Shown one piece after another: positions 1 to 8,917 of a stretch of DNA of 64,000 nt. The DNA lies in contig OZ245006.1 in assembly GCA_965223545.1 (NCBI GenBank), positions 3,488,001 through 3,552,000 on the forward strand, in the 5' to 3' direction. A program made the translations under genes and the position numbers. Numbering within the stretch: the stretch's first letter is position 1; the number at the start of each line of letters is the position of its first letter. A model generated the notes under the pieces. It saw nothing but the letters and a program-made list of their open reading frames with translations, did no database searches and was not told the origin of the DNA. The stretch comes from Planctomycetota bacterium. Lineage in GTDB: Bacteria; Planctomycetota; UBA1135; UBA2386.

Positions 1-1997
1 TCGCCATCGATCCCAACGACCCGCGGGTGCTGCTGGCGGCGACGACCGGCGGGTTGCGCCGCACCGCGGACGGGGGCACCACCTGGACGCTGGTCCACGC
101 GGCCGACACGATGGACGTGCGCTTCCATCCGACCGACTCGAGTCGAGCGATCGCCGGTACCGGCACGGGCACCGCGTTGTTCTCCGGCGACGGCGGTCGC
201 ACGTGGCAGCCGGCGGCGGGCATCGGCCGCGCCGTCCGCGTCGAGCTGCGCTACTGGGCAGGCAACCCGAACGTGGTCTACGCCGCGGTCAGCAACGCCG
301 GCCGGATCCGGGTCTACCGCTCGAACGACGGCGGACAGACCTACGGCTTGCGCACGACGAGCACGGCGGAGTCGACCTACTCGCGTTACAACAACGTGCT
401 GTGGGTGGACCCGACCAACGACCAGCGGCTGTTCGTCGGCGGCGTACGCATCTCGCGCAGCACCAACGGGGGCCAGAGCTTCACCCAAACGGTGAACGGC
501 GGCTACTACGACTACCACGTCTTGGTCGAACACCCCGCGTTCAACGGCACGACCAACCGCACGCTGTTCTCTGGTAGCGACGGCGGAGTGCATCGCCTGG
601 CGGACGTCGCGCAGTCGTCGCCAGCGTGGCGCGAGCTGAACAACAACCTCGGCATCAACCAGTTCTACGGCGCCGCCATCAATCCGATCAGCGACGTGAT
701 CGTCGGCGGCACGCAAGACCAGGGCAACCTGCGCGACACCGGCGGCACCGAGAGCTGGGTCCGCCCCATCTTCGGCGATGGTGGCTTCGTCGCCACCGAT
801 CCGACCGACGCGCGCTATTTCTGGGCGGAGACCCAAAACCTGTCGCTGTATCGCAGCAGCAACGGCGGCGGCAGCTTCTCGTTCTTCGGCAGCGGCATCT
901 CGGAGCCCGACCCCAACTTCGTTTCTCCGATCGTTCTCGATCCCAGCGATCCGCGGCGGCTGTACGCGGGCGGCGCGCGGCTGTGGCGCACGACGAACGC
1001 CAAGGGCAGCAACCCGGCCTGGAGCTCGATCAAGGTCGCGGCGACGTGCACGACGAGGACCGCCGCCGCCACTCCATCGCACTTCGCCCTCGATCCGCCG
1101 TGCAACATCTCCGCCATCGCGGTGGCGCCCAGCGACCCCCGGCGCCTCTACGTCGGGCACAACGACGGCCAGCTGTGGACCACCGGCAACGGGCTCGACA
1201 ACCAGCCGCTCTGGACGCGCATCGACCGCGGGTTGCCCGATCGCTGGGTCGGCCGCATCACCGTCGATCCGGCGGATGCGCGCCGCGTGTACGTCGCCAT
1301 GATGGGCTACGCCCCCGACAACGTCTGGCGCAGCACCGACGCGGGTCAATCGTGGCAACGCATCAGTGGCGGCACCGGTGGTGCTCTGCCGGCAGCGCCA
1401 GTGAGCGGTCTCACCGTGCATCCGCAGACGCCCGGTCTGCTGTTCGCGGGCACCGACGTGGGCGTCTTCGTCACCGCCGATGACGGGACCAGCTGGCAAG
1501 CGATCGCCGGCGGTCCAGGCACGGTCTCGGTCGAAGAGTTGGTCTGGCGCGATGCCCGCACCCTCATGGCGGTGACGCACGGCAGGGGGATCTTCACCGG
1601 CACGCTCGACGGAGGGTCGGTGCGCGGCGTCGGCGCAGGCTGCGGCCAAACCCCTCCCACCCTGTCTGCCACGCCGCCGCGCTTGGGCTTGACGCAGTCC
1701 TACTCCGCGAACGGCGCGCCGCCGAGCAGCGCGACTCGGCTGCTGGTCGCGGCGGGGCCGGCGATGCCTACACCGGTCGGTACCTGCACCCTGTGGCCCG
1801 ACCTCGCGACACTCGTGGACCTGGACGGAGGCATCAGCACGGCCACTGGAACTTGGAGCACCGGTGTGGCCCTGCCGCCGGACCCGACCTTCTTGGGCCT
1901 GGTGCTGACGGCGCAGGCGGCGTTCGCAGCACCTGGTGGACCCGCGCTGGGAGCGGCCGAGGTCAGCAATGGCGTCGAGATGACCTTGGGGTTCTGA
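1..1997 (+). CDS. BNR/VPS10-like beta-propeller secreted protein (GH74/sortilin-like), 5'-partial, with a C-terminal ~125 aa accessory domain
   Basis: Many Asp-box repeats (RTADGGTTW, RSNDGGQTY, RSTNGGQSF, RSTDAGQSW, TADDGTSW); GGTQDQG and THGRGIF motifs; frame open at the window start. Confidence 0.8.
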   Translation, partial: AIDPNDPRVLLAATTGGLRRTADGGTTWTLVHAADTMDVRFHPTDSSRAIAGTGTGTALFSGDGGRTWQPAAGIGRAVRVELRYWAGNPNVVYAAVSNAGRIRVYRSNDGGQTYGLRTTSTAESTYSRYNNVLWVDPTNDQRLFVGGVRISRSTNGGQSFTQTVNGGYYDYHVLVEHPAFNGTTNRTLFSGSDGGVHRLADVAQSSPAWRELNNNLGINQFYGAAINPISDVIVGGTQDQGNLRDTGGTESWVRPIFGDGGFVATDPTDARYFWAETQNLSLYRSSNGGGSFSFFGSGISEPDPNFVSPIVLDPSDPRRLYAGGARLWRTTNAKGSNPAWSSIKVAATCTTRTAAATPSHFALDPPCNISAIAVAPSDPRRLYVGHNDGQLWTTGNGLDNQPLWTRIDRGLPDRWVGRITVDPADARRVYVAMMGYAPDNVWRSTDAGQSWQRISGGTGGALPAAPVSGLTVHPQTPGLLFAGTDVGVFVTADDGTSWQAIAGGPGTVSVEELVWRDARTLMAVTHGRGIFTGTLDGGSVRGVGAGCGQTPPTLSATPPRLGLTQSYSANGAPPSSATRLLVAAGPAMPTPVGTCTLWPDLATLVDLDGGISTATGTWSTGVALPPDPTFLGLVLTAQAAFAAPGGPALGAAEVSNGVEMTLGF

Positions 1998-2004
1998 TGG
2001 CGGC

Positions 2005-2793
2005 ATGAACGCCCGCCAAACGCTCGCCGGCTGCCTGCTCGGCGTGCTCCTCGCGACCGCCTGCCAAACACGACCCGGAATCCTGGTGCCCGCCGCACCG
2101 CAGCGACCGACGTTTTCGTCCGATCCGAAGACGACGGTCGAGGGTTCTGCCGAACTCGAAGCGGGCGTGGCCTTCGACCCCGGGGATCGCTTCTCCGCCC
2201 CGGCGCTGATCAAGTGGGGTGTGTCGCCGACAGCGGAGCTGTTTGCCGGCTTCTCCCCGTACGAACGCGTGATCCAGGATGGCGACGATCCGGATGGCAT
2301 CGGCGATCTGTTGATCGGCACCAAGCACCAGCTGTTGGCGGAGACCGAGAGCCAGCCCGCGGTCGCCGTCTTGGTGCAGACCAAGCTGCCGACCGCACGC
2401 AGCGGTCAGCTGGGCACCGGCGAGATCGACTTCGCCGCCGCCGCCACCGCCAGCAAGACGTTCGACGACTTCACCGGCGTCGCCTACTACCAGCTCGGCG
2501 TGCTCGGCCAACCCGGCGCCGCGGACACCGAGATCGAGCACGGCTTGGCGGCTGCGCTCTCGGTGCCTTTGTGGGACCCGCGCTGGACCGGCTTCGGCGA
2601 GACCGCGCTGCGCATCCGACCGGAGACCGACATGGAAATGGCGGTGCTCACCGGCGGCCTGAACTACGCGATCGACGAGGGCATGATCTTCGACGCTGCC
2701 CTCGCGGTCGGCCTCGACGACGACAGCCCCGACTTGGTGCTGCTGTTCGGCGTGACCTACAACTTCGGCCGCTGGACACCGGTTACACCATAG
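2005..2793 (+). CDS. Outer-membrane beta-barrel 'transporter' family protein (Phenol_MetA_deg-like)
   Basis: Lipobox-like LLATAC; PTFSSDPKTTVEGSAELEAG, GIGDLLIGTK and KLPTA motifs; C-terminal GVTYNF beta strand. Confidence 0.65.
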   Translation: MNARQTLAGCLLGVLLATACQTRPGILVPAAPQRPTFSSDPKTTVEGSAELEAGVAFDPGDRFSAPALIKWGVSPTAELFAGFSPYERVIQDGDDPDGIGDLLIGTKHQLLAETESQPAVAVLVQTKLPTARSGQLGTGEIDFAAAATASKTFDDFTGVAYYQLGVLGQPGAADTEIEHGLAAALSVPLWDPRWTGFGETALRIRPETDMEMAVLTGGLNYAIDEGMIFDAALAVGLDDDSPDLVLLFGVTYNFGRWTPVTP

Positions 2794-2794
2794 G

Positions 2795-3730
2795 TTGGCG
2801 ACCACCGACGCGCTGACGGCATACCTCGCGCCGCAGGGCCGCCTCACCGAGTTGCTCGCCGAGCTGGGGTCCGACCGAGTGCTCGAGGTGCACGACCACT
2901 TGGTGTTGGCGCGCGGAGCACCGGTCCGCGTCGCGTGGGTGCGCAACATCTGGCACGACCCGGTGCGCATCTCGTTCGCCTCGATCAACGACGCGGCGCG
3001 GGCACTGCGGGACCTGCAGCGCAATTGGGTGGGATACTCGACCGCCCATCACCGCCGCGCGGCCTTGATCCAAAGCAAGCTGCCACACGTTTCGGCAAAG
3101 CCGCTGGTGTTTCCCGCACCCCCGCCATCGGCTCCCCTCGGGTCGTGGACCCTCCTCGGGCGCGACACCCTGCTCGCCTCGACCCGCTGCAGCAGCGCGT
3201 TTCCCAACGGTGAGGTCCGCTTCGTCGAGGATCGGCGGGGCCCGCCCAACCGCGCCTATCTCAAGCTGTGGGAAGCCCTGACGCTGCTCGGGCAGCGGCC
3301 CAGCGCCGGCCAGCACTGCGTCGACCTCGGCGCCGCGCCGGGTGGCTGGACCTGGGTCTTGCAGTCGCTCGGCGCGCGCGTCACGGCCATCGACAAGGCT
3401 GCATTGGACGCGGACGTCGCCGCCCTGCCCGGCGTCGAGCAACAACGGCAGAGCGCGTTTGCCGTTCCACCCGACTCGTTGGGCACGGTCGACTGGCTGG
3501 TCGCCGACATTGCGTGCTACCCCGAGCGCTTGCTGCGCCTGGTGCACCGCTGGCGCGAGGCGGGCACCTGCGACCGCTTCGTCTGCACCCTCAAGTTCCA
3601 GGGGGCAACCGACCACGAGGTCACCCGACGTTTCGCCGCTATCCCGCGCAGTGCGCTGCACCACCTGAGCCACAACAAACACGAGCTCACCTGGACGCTA
3701 CTGCCCGAGGAAGAGAGGGCGGGGGCTTGA
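2795..3730 (+). CDS. SAM-dependent RNA 2'-O-methyltransferase, RlmM/FtsJ-like
   Basis: PPNRAYLKLWEAL, VDLGAAPGGWT, DWLVADIACYP, CTLKF and HNKHELT motifs. Confidence 0.8.
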   Translation: MATTDALTAYLAPQGRLTELLAELGSDRVLEVHDHLVLARGAPVRVAWVRNIWHDPVRISFASINDAARALRDLQRNWVGYSTAHHRRAALIQSKLPHVSAKPLVFPAPPPSAPLGSWTLLGRDTLLASTRCSSAFPNGEVRFVEDRRGPPNRAYLKLWEALTLLGQRPSAGQHCVDLGAAPGGWTWVLQSLGARVTAIDKAALDADVAALPGVEQQRQSAFAVPPDSLGTVDWLVADIACYPERLLRLVHRWREAGTCDRFVCTLKFQGATDHEVTRRFAAIPRSALHHLSHNKHELTWTLLPEEERAGA

Positions 3731-3746
3731 CGGCCTCGCTGCCCTG

Positions 3747-5705
3747 TCAACGACCCTGGCCCGTGGGTCGCGCAGCGGGTTTGGAGGACTGCAAGACCAA
3801 GTGCTGGCCCGCCACCGCGCGCGTCGTCTCGGCGTGACCCGAGGGCCACTCCACCCGGACGTCCACGGCCGATCGCGCGCCGATGCCGAAGTGCAGCGGC
3901 AGGACCGAGCTCGAGAAGCGCCCGGTCGTCCCCAAGCACTGTTGGGTCAGCTGCCAGTCCCCGTCGCGCACCGTCACCCGCGCGCCGCGAGCCTGTCGGT
4001 TGCCGGGCGGACCCTGCAGTGTGACCGCGATCGATGCTCCTCCGCTGGTGTCGTTGCGCCATAGGACGTAGGGGCCGACGCCGTACGGACGCGGACCGTG
4101 CCCGTTGGTGCTGAACAAGTCGAGGTCGCCGTCGCGGTCGAAATCGAACGCCAAGATGGTCGCCGCCCGCCCACTCGTCGGGCCCGCCAACCCGACCTTG
4201 TCGGTGACCTCGACGAACGTGCCGTCGCCGAGGTTCTCGTAGGCGACGTTGGCGGCATTGCGGTGCACGGCCCCGCCGTTCACGACGTAGAGATCCAAGT
4301 CGCCGTCGTTGTCGAGATCCGCGAACACACCATCCGTCCCGTAGCCGGCATCGCCGACGCCCGCCGACGCCGTCACGTCGACGAGAACCCCGTCGCGGTT
4401 CTCCAACAGCCGGTTGTGGAAGCCGTCGCCGCCTCGAGGACGTTCGGGAGGACGCTCCTGATCGAGCAACTCCAGCCCCCCGGTCGCGCGCAGCTCGCCG
4501 CCGACCAAGCCCATTACGACCTGCCCGACGATCTCCACGACGAGCGCACCTTCGTCATTGCGCCACAGGTAGACCCCGACGTCGGTCTCGGCATCGACCT
4601 GCGGATCGCCGGCCAGCGCCGGATCGCCCACATCGACGACCACCGGCAGTGAGTCGACGCGGCGCCGCTCGCCGCCCAACCGCAACCGGTGCGGCCGCCG
4701 GCGCTCGGCGACGTACAGATCGAGGGTGATCGCGCCTTCCGCCCGGCAACGAAATCCGTAATCCGTTCCGCGGCGATGCACCGGGTAGTGCATGGCCAGG
4801 GTCCCATCGACGACCTCGGCGCCACGAGGTGCGAGCTGGGGCCCGATCACCTGATAGACGTCGGTGTCTCCGTCATTGTCGTAGTCGCCGAGCACGAGCG
4901 AAGAGACTGCCCAGTCGGCACGCAGCCCGAGTGCCGAGGAGACATCGACGAGCTCGCCCTGGTCACCGCGGCGATACGCCTTTCCCGCGTCCTTGCCCAC
5001 GGCCGAGGTGAGGTAGACCGGCTCGCTGCCGGCTGCGAGTTGAGCCGCCACGACACTTTCGGCCCGCACGCGATGCCAGCCGACTGCCGCTCCGGCGTCG
5101 ACGAAGTTCGCTGCTCGCCGCAGCGCAATGCGCCCGCCCTGTCCGGCCTCGACTTGCGTCGTCAAGAGCAGATCGACGAGGCCGTCCCCGTCGACGTCGG
5201 CCGGACAGGCGTGGCGCCCGCGCCCATCGGCATGCGCCAACGTCTCGTTCAGCTGGATCGGCTCGAACGTCCCATCGCCGGCGTTGCGATACGCCCGGTT
5301 CGGTCGACCACCGCGCCCGCGGTTGCCTCCGGTCGACAACAGCAAGTCGAGCCAGCCGTCATCGTCGAGGTCGAACCAGGTGATGCCGTGCGTGTCCCCG
5401 CGCGGAAAGCGGCCGGCGTGTTGCTCGGCGAAGGAACCGTCGCCGAGGTTGCGGTAGAGGGCCGCTTCCGGCTCGTGATTGCTGATCATCAAGTCGGGCC
5501 AACCGTCCTGGTCGTAGTCGGCCGCAGCCACCGCATAGCTGCGGGCGATCCGCGCCAAGCCGGCTTGGTCGGTCACATCGCGAAAAACCCACGCACGCGA
5601 GCACAGCGGTGAAGCAGCCGCGACTGGCGGCGCCTGCGATCGCCCCACTCCGGCCATGGCGACGACCCCAACGACGCAGACGATGGTGCATGAACGAGAC
5701 TTCAT
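3747..5705 (-). CDS. CRTAC1 / FG-GAP repeat protein with C-terminal ASPIC-UnbV domain
   Basis: Repeated DYDQDGWPDL / DLDDDGWLDL / DYDNDGDTDV / DFDRDGDLDL motifs; LHFGIG...VRVEWPSG; start moved to MKSRSC (5705), which is followed by a signal peptide. Confidence 0.85.
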   Translation of the reverse strand: MKSRSCTIVCVVGVVAMAGVGRSQAPPVAAASPLCSRAWVFRDVTDQAGLARIARSYAVAAADYDQDGWPDLMISNHEPEAALYRNLGDGSFAEQHAGRFPRGDTHGITWFDLDDDGWLDLLLSTGGNRGRGGRPNRAYRNAGDGTFEPIQLNETLAHADGRGRHACPADVDGDGLVDLLLTTQVEAGQGGRIALRRAANFVDAGAAVGWHRVRAESVVAAQLAAGSEPVYLTSAVGKDAGKAYRRGDQGELVDVSSALGLRADWAVSSLVLGDYDNDGDTDVYQVIGPQLAPRGAEVVDGTLAMHYPVHRRGTDYGFRCRAEGAITLDLYVAERRRPHRLRLGGERRRVDSLPVVVDVGDPALAGDPQVDAETDVGVYLWRNDEGALVVEIVGQVVMGLVGGELRATGGLELLDQERPPERPRGGDGFHNRLLENRDGVLVDVTASAGVGDAGYGTDGVFADLDNDGDLDLYVVNGGAVHRNAANVAYENLGDGTFVEVTDKVGLAGPTSGRAATILAFDFDRDGDLDLFSTNGHGPRPYGVGPYVLWRNDTSGGASIAVTLQGPPGNRQARGARVTVRDGDWQLTQQCLGTTGRFSSSVLPLHFGIGARSAVDVRVEWPSGHAETTRAVAGQHLVLQSSKPAARPTGQGR

Positions 5706-5793
5706 CGATCCCCACCCGGGAGCCAGAAAACTACTCTGCCTTCGTTCCCCCGAGTGCACCACGCCGTCCCGCCATTTTCCTGACCGGTACGGC

Positions 5794-5816
5794 GGTACGG
5801 AGCCTGGCTCCGTACC
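5794..5816. repeat. Short perfect palindrome GGTACGGAGCC-T-GGCTCCGTACC
   Basis: 11-bp arms around a 1-nt centre, intergenic; core is 14/16 identical to the outer end of the 8826-8917 palindrome. Confidence 0.8.
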
Positions 5817-5833
5817 CACCACCTGGCGCGGGT

Positions 5834-7600
5834 TCACTGGCTTGTGGGTCGGACCTCAACTTGGTGTGCGCCGCGGGTCGGTTCGGGGCCCCGCAGCTCT
5901 GCGACGAGGTCCATGCCTCCTTCCGCGAGGGGGAGCGCGTCGATCCGGGCGGCGCGTTGCCCCGGTCGCAGGGGGAGGCGGCGTTCTGCATCGCCGCAGT
6001 GCACGGCCAGCTCCGTTCCCTCGGCCACGGGCGCGAAGCGAAGGTCGAGTTGGTAGCTCCCGGCGCGGGCGACGCGCAGCCGCCACCGGCCGCGGTCGTG
6101 CCGGCGGTTGCTGACGCGCCAATCCTGCCGCGTCAGCACGACCACCGGCACGTCCATGCCAATGACGATTCGCGGTGGGCCGGCGGGGCGAGTTTGCGTG
6201 ACGTCGGTGAACCACGCGCGATAGGCCGCACGCAGGCGAGCCACGGTGGCGGGCAGGTCACCCGCCAAGTCGCGCTGTTCGTAGGGGTCGGTCTGCAGAT
6301 CGTAGAGCTCGAAGGGCGCGCCGGGCTCGGGCTGCTGGCGGCCGAAACCGCTCGGCCGCACCAGCTTCCAGCGCGGACCAATCACGGCAATGTGGTGCTC
6401 GGCGTGCGGGCGGTCGCCGCGGTGCGCCTGGATGAAGATGTGCCGGGGCGGCAGCGGCGCGCCATCGCGCAGCGCCGGTAGCAAGCTGACCCCATCGAGC
6501 CGCAAGCGGGATGGCGGCGCGACGCCGCATGCGTCGAGGATCGTCGGCGCGATGTCGATGTAAGCCCCCACGGCCGAACGCACCGGACCGGCGGGCAGCG
6601 CCGCCGGCCAGCGAGCGAACAGGGGAGAGCGCACACCACCTTCCCAGACCTCGGTCTTCATTCCCCGGTAGCCAGCGACGTAGCGGCGGCCGTTGGGCCC
6701 GTTGTCGACCATGAACAGCACCAAGGTGTCGGCGGCGACGCCGAGGGCGTCCAGCCGCGCCAACAGACGACCGACGTTCTCGTCGATGTTCTCGATCATC
6801 GCGAAGATCCGCGCCCGGCGATCGACGTCGGCCGCCGCGGGCAGCGCGTGCCCGGCGTCCTGCGGGAAGCGCGCGTTCTCGAGCGCGCGCTCGCGATAGG
6901 CGGAATAGAGCGACTCCGGAACGTCGTCGAACGGGCCGTGCGGACAGTTCGGCGCGACGTAGGCGAAGAACGGCCGGCGGCGCTGCACTTGGCGCTCGAT
7001 CCAGTCTCCCGCTCGATCGAAGTAGACGTCGGTGCAATACCCCTCGGTCGGCGTCGGCTCACCGTTGTGGAACAGGACCGCATCGGTGTAGCGGCCTTCG
7101 GCGCCCGCCGGATCGGAAGACTGGCCGATGCCCCCGCCGCGGTGCACCCACGCCTCTTCGAAGCCCTGGTCGATCGACCGCATCGGCGGACAGTCGCCCA
7201 GATGCCATTTGCCGAAAATGCCGGTCGCCCAGCCGGCGCCGCGCAGGAGCTCGGCGACGGTGATCTCGCCGGGGTCCATCATCGCCCGGCCGATGTAGGT
7301 GTCGACGACGCGAGTGCGGTAGTGATACCGACCGGTCATCAGGCCGGCACGGGTCGGCGCGCACACCGGGCATACGTAGAAGCGCGACAAGCGCGTGCCG
7401 TCGGCAGCCAGCGCATCCAGGTTCGGCGTGCGCAACACCGGATTGCCGTGCACTCCGAAGTCGCCGTAGCCCTGGTCGTCCGTCATGATCAACACGACGT
7501 TCGGGCGTGCCGCCGGTGGCTGGCATTCGACCGCATGCAACAACGGCAAGGGGAGAGCCGGAGGAACCGACGAGAGAGCCACCAACGCGATCGCGAACAT
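5834..7600 (-). CDS. Arylsulfatase (Cys-type formylglycine-dependent)
   Basis: PNVVLIMTDDQG, CAPTRAGLMTGR (CxPxR), GKWHLG, DNGP, ELYDLQTDPYE; signal peptide. Confidence 0.95.
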   Translation of the reverse strand: MFAIALVALSSVPPALPLPLLHAVECQPPAARPNVVLIMTDDQGYGDFGVHGNPVLRTPNLDALAADGTRLSRFYVCPVCAPTRAGLMTGRYHYRTRVVDTYIGRAMMDPGEITVAELLRGAGWATGIFGKWHLGDCPPMRSIDQGFEEAWVHRGGGIGQSSDPAGAEGRYTDAVLFHNGEPTPTEGYCTDVYFDRAGDWIERQVQRRRPFFAYVAPNCPHGPFDDVPESLYSAYRERALENARFPQDAGHALPAAADVDRRARIFAMIENIDENVGRLLARLDALGVAADTLVLFMVDNGPNGRRYVAGYRGMKTEVWEGGVRSPLFARWPAALPAGPVRSAVGAYIDIAPTILDACGVAPPSRLRLDGVSLLPALRDGAPLPPRHIFIQAHRGDRPHAEHHIAVIGPRWKLVRPSGFGRQQPEPGAPFELYDLQTDPYEQRDLAGDLPATVARLRAAYRAWFTDVTQTRPAGPPRIVIGMDVPVVVLTRQDWRVSNRRHDRGRWRLRVARAGSYQLDLRFAPVAEGTELAVHCGDAERRLPLRPGQRAARIDALPLAEGGMDLVAELRGPEPTRGAHQVEVRPTSQ

Positions 7601-7636
7601 CCCGCGCCGATCATACGCGACCGACGCGCAGCGCCT

Positions 7637-8785
7637 TCACCGCGACAGGGCGACGACCACGGCACTCACCGGCGGTTCGCACGCACCCTCGACGCTCACC
7701 CGCACGCCGTGTTGCGCCAGCTGCCGAAACGGGCTGCCGTCCGCGTCGAGCGCAACGGCCGGATGGCTCGGCCGCAAACCGAAGCGCAGCGCCTGTCGCT
7801 GCGCGCGCTCGTCCTGCAAGAACTGCAAGAACGCGCGCGCCCCGCGCCGCGCATCATCGCCACTCCACGGCACGTCGAGGACGCAGTACGGATGGTCGAC
7901 CCACAGGTTGGCCGCGGGGTACTGCACCGACAGCGGGCCCCAGCGGTCCGCCGCTGCGCGGATCGATTCGATCGCCAAGCTCTCGAAGGTCAGGATGGCA
8001 TCGTACGCGCTCGGACCGCGCTGCAGCATCGCCCGCGTCAGCGCCGCCGTGCTCGGTGCCAGCTCCGCACGCGGACTCCAGCGCTCACAGCGCGCCGCTC
8101 GCCAAATCGTCTCCGCCGCGACCAGATCTTGCTCGGTGAGCGCGGTGGTGCGACCCAACCCCGCGTGCACCATCAACAACCTGGCGATCAGTCCTCCGTC
8201 GGCGCGCGCCGGATCGGCGTACCCGAACTTGAACCGCCCCCACTCGGTGGAGCTCTTCGCCATGGCCGCCAGGTCGACCGGCGCATCCGCCAGCGCCGCC
8301 CGGCGGGCCTCCCAAATCACCAGCACCACAACCGACTGCGCCAAGTAGCCGGACTCGAGCACGAGCTCGGTGCCGTGCCGTTTGCGCCAGGCTCGCTCGA
8401 GCGAGGCGCGATACACGCTGCTGCTGGGCGCCCAAACGTGGATCGGCTCGTCCCCCGGTCCGGCCAACACTTGCTCTGCCGCCACCAACGACCCGTCTTC
8501 GACCAGGTCGATGCGAAGCTCCGCTCCCGCGGCGGACGCCTCGAACGCGCGCGCGGCCCAGTTCATCCATGCGGACTTGCCGCTGCCCATCGCGATGCGT
8601 AACACCGTCGCGCGCGTGCCGATCCGCTCGACTGGAGGAGCGACTGGCTCCACAGCATCCCGCGGTGTCGCCCTCCCCGCCGGCACCCCCGGCGCCATCC
8701 ACAGGAAGACGTTGGCCGCGACGAGCAACAACAACGCGATGACGACGATCGCACCGACACCACGCGCTGGATGGGGATCTGCCAT
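7637..8785 (-). CDS. Membrane-anchored extracellular solute-binding-like protein (SBP_bac_11 type), no VWA domain
   Basis: N-terminal TM; GSGKSAW, HVWAPSS, FKFGYADP, DHPYCV, FGLRP motifs; paralogous to the N-terminal part of the upstream SBP-VWA gene. Confidence 0.75.
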   Translation of the reverse strand: MADPHPARGVGAIVVIALLLLVAANVFLWMAPGVPAGRATPRDAVEPVAPPVERIGTRATVLRIAMGSGKSAWMNWAARAFEASAAGAELRIDLVEDGSLVAAEQVLAGPGDEPIHVWAPSSSVYRASLERAWRKRHGTELVLESGYLAQSVVVLVIWEARRAALADAPVDLAAMAKSSTEWGRFKFGYADPARADGGLIARLLMVHAGLGRTTALTEQDLVAAETIWRAARCERWSPRAELAPSTAALTRAMLQRGPSAYDAILTFESLAIESIRAAADRWGPLSVQYPAANLWVDHPYCVLDVPWSGDDARRGARAFLQFLQDERAQRQALRFGLRPSHPAVALDADGSPFRQLAQHGVRVSVEGACEPPVSAVVVALSR

Positions 8786-8825
8786 TGCCGCATCGAGGGT
8801 ACGGTGTCAGCCAAGCGTTCGCGCG

Positions 8826-8917
8826 GAACGTACGGAGTCAGGCTCGATTTTCTCGCTTGGCGGCGGTGCTTCCGCACCGCCGCCAAGCGAGAAAATCGAG
8901 CCTGACTCCGTACGTTC
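8826..8917. repeat. Perfect long inverted repeat (44-bp arms, 4-nt TTCC loop); REP/REPIN- or MITE-like
   Basis: 8826-8869 GAACGTACGGAGTCAGGCTCGATTTTCTCGCTTGGCGGCGGTGC is the exact reverse complement of 8874-8917. Confidence 0.95.
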
